A stretch of DNA of 64,000 nucleotides from contig JBHGNT010000017.1 of the NCBI GenBank assembly GCA_043228905.1, positions 14,632,001-14,696,000 of the forward strand. The letters run 5' to 3'. Below, piece by piece: positions 1-11,904 of this stretch (positions within the stretch are counted from its first letter, which is position 1; each line of letters begins with the position of its first letter). Below the pieces are notes generated by a model. The model was not told the DNA's origin. It made no database searches and saw only the letters and a program-made list of their open reading frames with translations. The stretch comes from Azolla caroliniana. Taxonomy: Eukaryota > Plantae > Polypodiophyta. Made by a program: the position numbers and the translations under genes.

Positions 1-2120
1 AATTTTTACTGCAAATTCATTAGGAACTACTCAAAGAAGGTGTTGCCTCTTACACAATTAACACATAAAAACCAACCATTCATATGGAATTCTAGTGTTG
101 CTGAGGCATTCGAAAGCTTAAAACATGCATTCACATCACCTCCTATTTTGATCCATGCTGAGCAAGACAAGCCTTTTATTTTGGAAGGTGATCATCAAAT
201 TTTGCACTCAGGAGTGTCCTGTCACAACCCAAAGAAAATGGGCTATTATATCTAGTTGCTTTTCATTCGCGGAAATTTGAAGCTGCGGAAATTAATTATG
301 AGATTCACGACAAGGAGCTTTTGGCTATTATAGACTCTTTTGAGCATTGGCGCCACTTCTTAGAAGGTTCTCCCCATTAAATCATTGTATATAATGATCA
401 CAAGAACCTAACGTATTTCTAGAATGCTTGAGTCTTAAATCGTCGACGGGCACCTTGGGCACAATTTCTTACACGCTTTGATTTGTTGATTGTGTATCGC
501 CCCGCAATACACTAGGGAGAGGCAGATGCCCTATCACGGAATTCGTACATGGAACCCTGTTTAGGGGAACCTACTTTTGATCATCAAAAGCAGATCCTCC
601 TTGGTCTTGATCGTTTACAAGTGATGAACGCTAATGCTTTTAAGACACCTACGGACTCGATACTTATAAGTACGATTCGTACTGATCTTGAAGCAGACGA
701 ATTTGCCCAAGATGTCTTGAATCATATTATTCCAGATCGTGCTTCTTGATCAAGGTCGATGAATTCTCGTAAAGATTATAATCAGTTCAGTTGGAATTAT
801 AATTTACTTTTTCGAAATAATTTTCTTTATGTCCCTGATGGCCGCTCTTGACTCGTTATTTTACAACATTGCCATGACATGCCAATGGCTGGACATTTTG
901 GAATTCACAAAACATTGGAATTCATTTCTAGAAATTATTGGTGGCCGCATCTTCGTAATTATGTTGAAAACTACATTCGTAGTTGTGATGCATGTTGTCG
1001 GTCCAAGTGTCCTCGACATAAACCATATGGTTTAATCCAACCTTTACTAGTTCCTGATGGTCCCTGTAAGTCTATATCTATGGATTTCATTACTGATCTT
1101 GCATCTTCCAAAGGTTTTAATTCCATCCTTACTGTTGTAGATCGGTTCACTAAGATGACACATTTTCTACCATGCACAAAGACTATTAATAGTCAAGAGA
1201 TAGCAGATTTGGTTATGCGTGAAGTGTTTCGGCATTATGGTCTTCCTAATGACATCATTAGTGATCGAGGACCACGATTTATCTCAACATTTTGGAAACA
1301 CTTGTTTGGGCTCCTCCAAATTGATTGTAAACTCTCTTCAGCTATCACCCAAAGACAAATGGTCAAACCTAGTATACCAATCAAACCGCAGAACAATACC
1401 TTCATTGCTTCATCAATTATCAACAAGATGATTGGGTAGATTATTTACATTTTGCGGAGTTTTCTTACAACAATTCAGTTCATTCATCTAACAAAATTAC
1501 TCCCTTCTTTGCGAACACGGGTGTTCATCCCCGTTGGACAATTCTTGACCACCCAAGAATCTCGGAAAACCCCGCTGTGGAGGATCGCCTATGTCATATT
1601 AGAGAAATTCATATTGTTCTTTCTCATCATTTACATCACGCTCAAGCCACCCATAAGAAGTTTGTAAATCGCCATCGACTCAACTCATCACCGGAAAAAC
1701 CCAAATTTCAAGTTGGAGATCATGTATGGCTCTTACGATGTAATCTGAAGACCACTAGGCCTTGTAACAAGCTAGATTATCAACGCCTTGGCCCATATTT
1801 AATCACTAAACCGATCAATGAAGTTGCTTTTCAACTCGATCTCCCTCCTCATATGCGTCTTCACCCATTGTTCTATGTCTCACTCTTGGAACCTTATACT
1901 TTAAACTCTATTCCAGATCGCGTTGTTCCGCCTCCACCTTTTATTGAGCTTGATGAAGGCCCAGAATATGAAGTAAAATCCATTTTGGACTCCAAAGTTG
2001 TGAAGAACAAATTTTATTACTTTGTTGATTGGTTGGGTTATACACCTGCGGATCGAACGTGAGAGCCAACTGAAAATCTCAATAATACCAAAGAACTGGT
2101 AGCTGAATTTCATCAATGAT
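1..2120 (+). pseudogene. gypsy pol (RT-RH-INT-chromodomain), disrupted
   Basis: ORF pieces 40-255, 879-1439 and 1577-2062 are separated by stops and frameshifts. Confidence 0.9.
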
Positions 2121-2189
2121 ATCCAAATAAGCCAACTCCTAGTTCGTGCATTGTGACTCGTGGAACTCGTCATCAAAGAAAGGGGATAA

Positions 2190-2873
2190 TGTCATGAACA
2201 TATACCAAAACTCCAAGACTTGTAATAAGGATTCGAACCCATGACCTCTTCAAAGATAATGTGTAGCTTCAACCACTAGGATACATCATATTACATTTAT
2301 TAAATTGTAAATTCTTATATTAGATCAGGAAGAAACATATCTAATAGTGTGAAACATTGCCACCGGATAGGCTAACGCATGATTACCAAGTGTCATGCTT
2401 GCATGAATGCCAAGTGGCATGAATGACAAATGGTGAGCATGTGTGCCTATGAGGTGGCGAGCATGCATGTATCCAAAGCATGCTATATAAACATATAGCG
2501 AACTATTGATGAACCATTCCGGTTCAACGCCAGTCTTCGGCGTACTCTTGTAACCCTTGTTCTCATTGCTAACACATTTTCAACGCCAATCTTCGGCATG
2601 AATGACAAATGGCGAGAATGCGTGCCTCTGAGGTGGCGAGCATGCATGTATCCAAAGCATGCTATATAAACATATAGCGAACTATTGATGAACCATTCCT
2701 GTTCAACGCCAGTCTTCGGCGTACTCTTGTAACTCTTTCTGTCATTGCTATTTTAAACCTTGTTCTCATTGCTAATACATTTTCAATATCTTATTTCTTT
2801 CTCATTCTGCTCTTATTTTCTATTTCTCATTCTTTTCTTCATTTTAAACTTGTCTTTGGCTACGACCCTGACA
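2190..2873 (+). repeat. 3' LTR of the chromovirus (TGTCA...TGACA) with an internal ~180-bp tandem duplication
   Basis: Starts right after the PPT; 5-bp terminal IR; the unit containing ctatataaa is repeated (~2416-2580 and ~2595-2760). Confidence 0.85.
2222..2288 (-). promoter_or_regulatory. tRNA-like Pol III A/B-box unit inside LTR U3
   Basis: Minus strand: A-box-like TATCCTAGTGG (2283-2273) and a perfect B box GGTTCGAATCC (2239-2229) at tRNA spacing. No acceptor stem. Confidence 0.7.
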
Positions 2874-2910
2874 TCATCTTCCATTGTTCGATCTGACGGA
2901 GTTCACTCCT

Positions 2911-5358
2911 TGTTAGCCGGCCGGCAAGGGAAGTCTAGAATGGCAAAAGGGGGATAATTAATAACCGGGAGCTGATTATATATAATATAGAATTATTATG
3001 ATTTTGAGAAGCGAACGGACGAACCCGGAATGGGTATGCCAATCCGGATCCGGACCGGATTGTAGTCGGTTGCCGGTTGGCACCAGTTTGTACCTAGAGC
3101 CGGAGACCTATAAAAGGGCCCAGTTAGATTGTAATCATTAGCGGATAATTAATAGAGTGTTGTTGTTTTGTATCTTAATCATTGTTAATTACCGTTTTGT
3201 GCTAAGTGTAATTCATCTTACGTGTGTATTGTGACTAATGATCTTGCCGCTTAGTAACCAATTAGGATTTCATTAATAGTCGGTCTAACTTTATCTCACC
3301 GCAACACCCCTTTGGTGAAGTGTTTCAAAGGGACACCTTGTGTTAGGCCATTGTCCGGCCCTAACCATAACACAGTTTTTGGCGACCACGATTCCTACAC
3401 AAACGAAGTAAACAACGACAGGCAAGGATGACTAGACCAACAAATGACCCGGTTATGGAGCAAGCAAGAAGTCTTGCCGAACGATTGAGAAAGCAAGAGG
3501 CTTTCCAACAGGCGGCAGAAGAGACCCATGTGAAATCCGGGACGCGAAATCCATTCTGCAGGCACTAGCGCCAGGGGGAGGTGATTGGAACCATTCTCGG
3601 CCTTCGAATCGGATTTGAACGGCGAATGCAGCGCCCATTTGAATTACTGTAGCAGCCACGACACCCCATACGGACGAGCAGCTGGATACCTTGCCGAGAC
3701 CAGAACCAGAGTTAACGAAACTGGATGCCCCAGACCGACAAGTGGCGGATCCACTTTCGACACCGCCACGTGAGACACCGAAAGAAGAGCAAGAAAAACC
3801 TTAGACACCAAAAGAAGAGGGGAAACCTCCGAGACCACCAACTCGTGTTTCGACACCAGACGACGACATGTTGTTCCAATATCCCAAGTACCAGGATGAT
3901 CTGGACTCAGAAGCTCATGTCTATGCATTTCTACAAACATGGGAAGCAAACCATGCGTCGCAACGCTTGACTGCCGCCAAAGTAGAATGCTCGAAGATTG
4001 CAGAGTTCGGCATGACCTTGGAAGGACCAGCCACGCGATGGCACTTGACGCACCCTCTCGGCACCATCACGACGTTTGAGGACTTAAAAATCAGATTTTT
4101 ATAGTTCTTCAACAAGGAGGTGGATCAACGAGAGATGGTCGGCCTATTCTACACCGTACGGCAGGAACCTATGGAAACCATTCAACAATTCATAATCTGG
4201 TTCCAGCGAATGCACAACCAGCTAAATCGGGCACCACCGGAAGAAGAGGCTAAAGCAATAATCCTCGTAGCACTCTGGGAACCCCTGCGTACGGTGTCCA
4301 CGTGAATTGATTTTCGCACCAGTACAATTGACCAAGTCATAGAACAGGACAGGGAGATGGAGAAAACAAGCTCGTGGCTAACAATGGGGGCACTCCAGCG
4401 TACATTACCGACAGAAGACGATCTACGTTTTCGGCAAGCTATACAATGTATGACTTGCCTCAATGCCGGGCACTCGACAATAGAATGTACCATGCGGACA
4501 CAATGCATGTTATGCCATTCTAGGGAGCACACAATGGACCAATGCGAATATAACTTGCTGAACCGGCAAGCGGCACCGGTAAGGCAAATCGAACCCCGGA
4601 GTAACCGGGAGGAGGATGAAGATTCGATGACCGACGGAGATGTTCGAGTCAAGTGCTCCGATCGAGGGAGTCGATCGTTGATGTTACCGAAGTTCGTGAA
4701 CGACAGAATCAGAATGTTCGTGTCGATGAAGATTCGCTGACTGACAAAGATGTTCGAGTCAAGTGCTCCGATCGAGAGAGTCGATCGTTGAGAGGACTGA
4801 TGGAAGTTCCGGTCGAAGAAAGATTATGATCAAGGCATGTGGGATCGACGTGCAAGGCACTCTCCCACGGGCATGCCATATCGTGTTATCGTATGAGACG
4901 TATGTGCAATTCATAAGTGTGATAAGTGAGGGTGAAAGATGTAATGTGTGGATATGTATGTGTGATTTTATACGATTATGAGTGTGAATGTAAGTGTGAG
5001 TGTGGTAGATACAAAGAGGTGTGAGTGAGTGACTAGGTGTGAATGCCAAAGGGGCTTGCACCCTTGTGGATCTACCCCTTTGTACCTATTTAACCCCTTA
5101 TGGGGAATGAATGAATACAATAACCATTTCTCTCTCAATCTCTCTCTTGTCATCTCTCTCTCCCTCCCCTTAACGTTGAACCCCCTTGGGAGGGGGGTGG
5201 AGCCATTCTAGGCACCACCCCCCACCCCGCAATGCTTCTCAACATCTTCATGATCTCTCTCACCATCATACTCTCCATCATCTTCATTATTACACCATGT
5301 CTATCTTCGTCATCGATAATCATCCTTACCATTAACCCTAACCCTAAAACGTACAACA
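2911..5358. mobile_element. Composite of two different gypsy 5' ends in convergent orientation, flanked by CTCCT
   Basis: TG...CA ends; CTCCT at 2906-2910 and 5359-5363. Left LTR 2911-3372 (+) with PBS TGGCGACCAC (3380-3389). Right, unrelated LTR 5358-4884 (-) with PBS TGGCATGCCCGTGGGA (4878-4863). Confidence 0.75.
3840..4600 (+). pseudogene. gypsy gag with two CCHC zinc knuckles, truncated
   Basis: Retrotrans_gag-like FGMTLEGPATRW...FEDLKIRFL and RQEPMETIQQF; knuckles CMTCLNAGHSTIEC and CMLCHSREHTMDQC; in-frame stops. Confidence 0.85.
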
Positions 5359-5550
5359 CTCCTCCACTGCCACCATTCTACACTCAATTGGTGCCACTGT
5401 GCATTCCAAGGATCATTTGCCACAGTTTGATCTGATGGAGTTCACTCCTCCATTGCCACCATTCTACACTCAATTGCCGCCACTGTTCAATCCGACGGAG
5501 TTCACTCCTCCATTACCGCCATTCTATACATAGTTGCCACCACTGTTCGG
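5359..5550. repeat. ~60-bp tandem repeat, continuing at 2874-2910 across the composite insertion
   Basis: Unit ...gacggagttcactcctccattrccrccattcta... recurs at 5438 and 5498; a partial unit ends at 2910. Confidence 0.85.
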
Positions 5551-5930
5551 TCCTGGATTGCAATAACTATTCTGTCGGTTTATTATCTTGTGTATTGTTG
5601 TGTATAATCTTGTGTATTGTGGAATAATTTTGTGTATTGTTGTTGCCCATACTCTTCTTAACTCGTTCCCGACAATGGTTGAATAGTTATCACTCCGCTA
5701 CAACAAACATAAACTTACCAACGGTGGGATCGCTCCTGTGAATAACCAGTTTGCATGTGGTTTAGTAACTAGCTACGTGTTTTTTTTGTGTGGAAATTTA
5801 CTAATGAATATGTCAAGCCAAATGGAAGGGGAAGGAGGGTGTTTACCAATACCCCTCATGGATCATCAGGATAGGGATGACGCTATCAAGACACAACAAG
5901 CGATACGAAAGTATTGGGCAGAAAAGAAAG

Positions 5931-8900
5931 TGTTGAGCGGTATGCTCAACCAGATCTGGATCGGCATCCAGAAGGATGAGCCGGAAAGGTGAGTCGGTGA
6001 GCTGGGGAGCCGGTTAGCTGGATCAAGCAGTAACCGGAAGCCAAGTAGCAGCTAGTCTACTAGGGAGTTAATATCTCGTAGTTAGTGTCAGACGCTCGTG
6101 TGAGCATTGAAGTACACCGTACTTTTGTCAGTCCGGATGGACTAGTATAAAAGTGTTCACTGAACACATACGATGTATAGACTGAGTAGTATTTTTTGAA
6201 TTGAGTTTCTGTGTGCTCTCTCTCTCTCTGTCTCTCCCACGTACTGTTAGGCTCTCCATTAAACCTGTTTTCTGCTTTTTGTTTTCTATTGCTTCCGCAC
6301 GCTATTTGTTTCTACATGGTATCAGAGCGCGAGGGTTGAGAACCTCTGCAACCGACATTCGCTTTCGCAAGAAGAAAACCTAACCTTTGTAAAGAACAGA
6401 AAAAAAATGGATAGAGGAATGCTCCCGATGGAGAAGCTCGACAGATCCAACTACGCATCTTGGTCATACAAGGTGGACCAGTACCTGCTTGGGCATGGTT
6501 ACTGGAGCTATGTCGATGGAGCTAACGACACATCACCTGATGCGGCACACAAGGACTTTCCGGTGTGGGAACAATCGGCAAGTAGAGTGATGTACTGCTT
6601 TGCGTCAAGTGTCTGAGACCAGCTGCTGAGCCACATCCGAGATGCCAAGACGCCGAAAGAGGCTTGGGGAAACCTGAAGAAGGTGTTCGCCGCAAGCACT
6701 ATAGCCCGGAAGCTGCAACTCCGACAGGAGTTGAGCAATGTTCGACAGAAGGACATGCCGGTGGCTGATTACACGGCCCGAATCAAAGAGATCTGTGACT
6801 CGCTTGCCTCCATCAACGTCACTGTAGAGGAAGACAAGATGGTATAGGTTTGTCTTGGGGGCCTGGCGTCTAAGTTCTGAGCTTTCTGGATAGCAGTATG
6901 TACGAGGGAGAATACGCCGTCATTTTTCGACTTATAGTCGATGCTCCTTGTAGAGGAGAAGCACGCCGGTGTGTCAAGAAGTGCACCCACCGAGAACCGG
7001 ATGGTGTACACGGAGGCGGATCGGCCCTGTGGGCGTGGTGGACGAGGCAGGTCGGCACGCAATGGAGGCGGTTGGCAAGGGCAAGACTGACGGCACAGAG
7101 ACCGTGCCGACATTAGTTCCAGGACCACCACAACCAGGGGGAGTCAAGGTGGCGCCGGAAGCTGGCAAGACAAATCCACCATGGAATGCTGGTACTATGG
7201 CAAAAAGGGCCACAGAGAAAGCAAGTGTTGGAAGAAGCGTGCCGATTCGGACAGATCTAGATCTGGCAAAACCGGTCGGGAGAACCGGCAAAGCTCGCAC
7301 TACGCGCAAGGATTGAAAGGATCCAGAACCGGGAAGACCGGTAAGGGGCCAGCCTTGGTGATGAAGCATGTGGCAAATTCGATGAAGAAGAACACTTCCA
7401 AATCGAAGGAAGTGTGGTACGTTGATTCCGGTGCATCAAATCACATGACGAACCACAAAGAGTGGTTCTCCTTCTTGGAGAAACCGGAACAACCGGGAGT
7501 TGTTGAAACCGGAGACGACACTCCTCACCCAATCGTGCATATCGGTGAAGTCCCTTTGACCCACGTCGGATAGAGGGGGAAGCTGATGAACGTATTACGC
7601 GTTCCGACTATCAAGACGAACTTGGTGTCGGTTGGACAAATCATCGACCAAGGAATGCAGGTGTGGTTAATGCACCTCGGGTGCTTCATCAAGGAGGAGG
7701 GCCAGATTATTGCGCAAGGGCGCAGAGATGGGAGGATGTTCATCCTCGACACCAATGACGTCGGCACCGCTTTGTTCGCCAAAGGACAAAAGATTGAATC
7801 AGACATCAATCTTTGGCACAAGTGGATCGGCCACGTCAAATACCGGAGGCTTCAAGACCTGCAAAGAGAAACAAGTTGTTTTCGGTTTGCCGAAGTTCAG
7901 TGGCCGGAAGGCCCAAGTATGTGAAACCTGCCAACTCGGGAAGCAACACCGGCTTCCATTCCCCACCGAACGAAACCGTAGCCGTAACAAGCTCGACCTT
8001 ATTCATTTGGATGTATGGGGACTGGTACAGAATGTGAGTCTTGGCGGGAGTCGATACTTCGTCTCCTTCATTGACGATTATAGCCGGCACACATGGATCT
8101 ACCTCATTGAGCGGAAAAGCGAAGTCTTCGACTGTTTTCGGAACCTCCAAAGCATGGTGGAACGGGAATTAGAGAGGAAGATCAAGTGCCTGTGGTTAGA
8201 TATTCGGAGAGAGTTCAACTATAGATACACACCGGAGAAAAACGGTGTGGCCGAAAGGAAGAACCGGTTGCTTGTCGACGCGGCAAGGGCAATGCTGGAA
8301 GAGAAGAGCATGCCCTATTTCTACTGGGCAGAGGTGGTCCAAACGACCGTCTACATCCAAAACCGGATCAGTGACAAGGTGTCCGCGCATGAGCTGTATT
8401 TCGGGCGCAAGCTGAATTTGAGACACGTTCGGATTTTCGGCAACATAGCATATGTGCATGTGCCGGATGAGAAGCAGAGGAAGCTGGATGCAAAATCGGA
8501 GAAGTGCATCCTCGTCGGCTACTCACATGAGCAAAAGGGGTATAACTATTATAACCCCCGGACGAAGCAGGTCCGGGTTAGCCGTGATGTTGAGTTTCAT
8601 GAGACGGCATCATGGTATGCCTTACCGGCTCCGACTTCCGACCCCGACCCGATATCGGAGGATGAGGCTAGTGAGCCTGAATTGGTCCAGATAGAAGATG
8701 ATGAATCCGGGACTCAAGAAGAGAGTCCAGAATCATTTCGGTTGAGTGACCCGACTGAGAGACTGGGTCAATCCGACCAGTAAGAAGAGGAACCGACGAG
8801 TAGTGAAGACTCTGTCGTGCTCTCCATGCGCAAGGAACCGAGGAGACGGTTCACGTACAAAGGGAAGGGGAAGAAGAAGATGCCGGATTTTGATACCGGT

Positions 8901-11039
8901 AATGATGAGTCGAATCAGAGTGGATCTGACTCCCAAAAGGAAAATGACGGTTCCTCGGCACCGAAGGCCGAACCGGCCAAGAAGGGACTCTAACCGGGTA
9001 ACGGTGGGCTACACCAGTCAACCCGCCAGAAGGAACCTGTTAAGGGGTAGAGGTACAATGAGTACATGGCGCATCACTATGCGTACATGACCAAGGTGGT
9101 GGAAGTGCGTGAGCCAGAGAGCTACGTAGAAGCAGCAAAGGACGCACATTGGCATGCCGCTATGGAAGAAGATATGCAGGCACATGATGCCAACGATACA
9201 TGGGACCTGGTTGACCCTCCCCATCACAGTAAACCGATTGGATGCAAGTGGGTGTACAAGGTAAAGTACAACGCCGACGGTTCAGTTAACCGGTACAAGG
9301 CCCTGTTAGTGGCAAAGGGATACGCGCAGACACACGGAATCGACTACGACGAGACCTTCGCTCCGGTAGTGAAGATGACGACAGTTCGCGTGGTGCTGGC
9401 GGTTGTTGCGGCAAGGGAGTGGCATCTTCACCAAATGGACCTGAAGAATGCATTTCTTCAAGGCAATCTAGAAGAAGAGGTCTGTATGACCCAACCTCTT
9501 GGTTTTCAGTCGGAGATGAACAAGTCGGCTATATGCCGGTTGAAGAAGTCACTTTATGGCCTTAAGCAAGCCCCCCGAGTTTGGAATGCAAAGATTACGC
9601 ACCGGTTGGGGTTTGCGGCCTCCAAGTCCGACTCTTCGTTGTTCATCCGGCAAGGTCCGGACGGTCCGGTTTGCATCTTGTTGTATACCGAGGCGCTACT
9701 GTTGCCACCTGTTAAGCCATTTGGCTTTGGCGACTGCCGCAAGACCTGCGGATTGAGGTGCCGACCCTGATCCTAATCTACTGTGACAACATAAGCAGCA
9801 TGCAGCTCGCCAAGTACCCCGTATTCCATGCTCACAAAAAGCACATCGAAGTGCACTAACACTTCCTACGTGAGCGTGTCGTGAGCAGTGAAGTCGAACT
9901 TTGGTATGTTTATACGGATCAACAAGTTGCCGAAATCTTCACCAAACCGCTCGGATCGGACAAGTTGCAACACTTCACCGAAATGCTTGGTGTTCAGCAT
10001 CTCAACGTGCCACACTTGAGGGGGAGAACGGGCAAAGACACCATCGGAACGGACAAAGGCAAAGAGACTGCCGATTGCGCCGGCGGGGGAAGAACCGACA
10101 AGGGGAGAGACAGGAAGAAGAAAGGAGCCGAGTCGACAAAGGAAGTTGACACATCCGAACAAGTCGGAACAAGCGGCAGCGGAGGCAGAGTCAAGAAGGA
10201 TAGAGCCGACCGGAAGAAGAAGGCCAAGACTCGGACATGGTCCGATGTGGTGAAGGGCCTGGAACCAGAAGATGAATCGGGAGCAACCGATTCGGACAAG
10301 AGCTGGAACAAATCAGGGACAACTGATTTGGTTCTACAGAAGGATTCGGAAGAATCGGATCAATTCAAGGCCAAGAGGACAAGAAGGAAAACAAAGTTGA
10401 TGCCAACACGAAGGGATCGACGAATCGACAAAAGCCAAAGTCACAACAGCGAGGGAGCTGAATTGGGCCTGTTGAGCAGACAAGCCAACCAAGGAAGTCG
10501 AGGTGCGCAGGAACAGAAGGGTCGCGGCAAACAGGACTAGACTGGGCGAGGAGCGCGAGCGAGGCGGAGTGACGCCAGAAGGAGCTAGGCGGAAGGACCG
10601 GTTGCCATAGAGACTGACACTACGATCTAACCTCAAATTGAGCTTGAGAGGGAGTGTTGAGCGGCAAGCTCAACCGGATCCGGATCGGCATCTAGAAGGA
10701 TGAGCCGAATCGGTGAGCCAGTGAGTTGGTGAGCCGGTTAGTTGGATCAAGCAGTAACCGGAAGCCAAGTAGCAGCTAGTCTACTAGGGAGTTAATATCT
10801 CATTGTTAGTGTCAGACGCTCGTGCAAGCATTGAAGTACACCGTACTCTCTGTCAGTCCGGATGGACTTGTATAAAAGTGTTCACTGAACACATACGATG
10901 TACAGATTGAGTAGTATTTTTTGAATTGAGTTTCTATGTGCTCTCTCTCTCTTTCTCTCCCGCGTATTGTTCAGCTCTCCATTAAACCTGTTTTCTACTT
11001 TCTGTTTTCTATTGCTTCCGCACGCTATTTGTTTCTACA
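5931..11039 (+). mobile_element. Ty1/copia LTR retrotransposon (Bryco/RLC5-like), decayed, with an RT-RH internal deletion
   Basis: LTRs 5931-6316 and 10655-11039; PBS TGGTATCAGAGC (iMet) 6317-6328; PPT gagagggag; TSD (A)AAAG with one base lost on the left. Gag LDRSNYASWSYK, protease DSGASNH, integrase, RT KARLVAKG-like. Clade name is tentative. Confidence 0.93.
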
Positions 11040-11197
11040 AAAAGGAAACATCGTCAATTGTTGACAGATATGAAAGCCACATTCACTAAACGTAAGGATA
11101 ACATTGGTTGTGTTGGGAGACAGGTCCCTCCGGATGGGAAGGGAGAAGAACAGTGCCGACGAACAAACTCGGCCAAGGCCGATAGGCCGAGGCCGAA

Positions 11198-11410
11198 ACG
11201 GATGAAGAGTACCCGGCTACGGAGAGCCGGATGGTGCAGGCCCGGTATGAACCGGATGAAGAGTACCCGGCTACGGAGAGCCGGATGGTGCAGGCCCGAT
11301 ATGAATCGGATGAGGAGTACCCGGCTACGGAGAGCCGGATGATACAGGCCCGGTGTGAACCGGATGAGGAGTACCCGACTACGGAGAGCCGGATGGTGCA
11401 GAACCGGTGA
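11198..11410 (+). repeat. 54-bp x4 tandem array in LTR U3 (second copy ~16053-16265)
   Basis: Unit accggatgargagtacccggctacggagagccggatggtgcaggcccggtatga. Confidence 0.9.
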
Positions 11411-11904
11411 GAACCGGAGGAAGAGACATATTCGTAAATATGTTTCTGAGAGCCCATCGAGGCTATATTTGTAAATAGACGAAAAGTCATATTAGTATAA
11501 ATATGACTTAGGGCAAACTTTTAGGTTACTGTTGTTACTTTTCTTGTTGGTGCAAGAAGAAGAGAGAGCGCGTAACTATACACAGAGAGAGAGAGAGACG
11601 AGGTCATTGCCTCTATTGTAACCGCCGCCTGTGGCGAAGATCGTGAGTTCGAGGTCGTTGCCTCAGTGTACTCACTGTTTTGTACATTCATACATAGTGA
11701 CAGTTTGCAGCCTGTGGGCTGCCGTGGTTTTTCCCCTAGTTTGGGGTTTTCCACGTAAACCTCCTGTGTACCATCTCTCTTCTCTGTGTCGTGTTTTATT
11801 TCCCGTTTTCTATGTATGAAAAGAATCTCGGTTGTGGCCGGGCGTCGGACATAAGGAATGTCGAGTTCTTGTCAAGTGGTATCAGAGCGAAATCGACACA
11901 GAAA

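Larger units (their letters stand above)
1..2873 (+). mobile_element. Ty3/gypsy chromovirus (Tcn1-like), 3' part: RT end, RNase H, integrase, chromodomain, PPT, 3' LTR
   Basis: Fragmented pol: RNase H (NYEIHDKELLAI), integrase HHCC (HDMPMAGHFG...CDAC), ISMDFITDL, SDRG, GPY, chromodomain EYEVKSILDSK...YFVDWLGY. PPT aaagaaaggggataa ends at 2189. The 5' end lies outside the window. Confidence 0.93.

Noticed and set aside
5330-5349. Telomere-like AACCCTAACCCTAAAA
   Set aside because: Only about two units, inside an LTR; at most a telo-box.
11058-11490. Repetitive ORFs (MKSTRLRRAGWCRP...)
   Set aside because: By-product of the 54-bp U3 tandem repeat, whose length is a multiple of 3.
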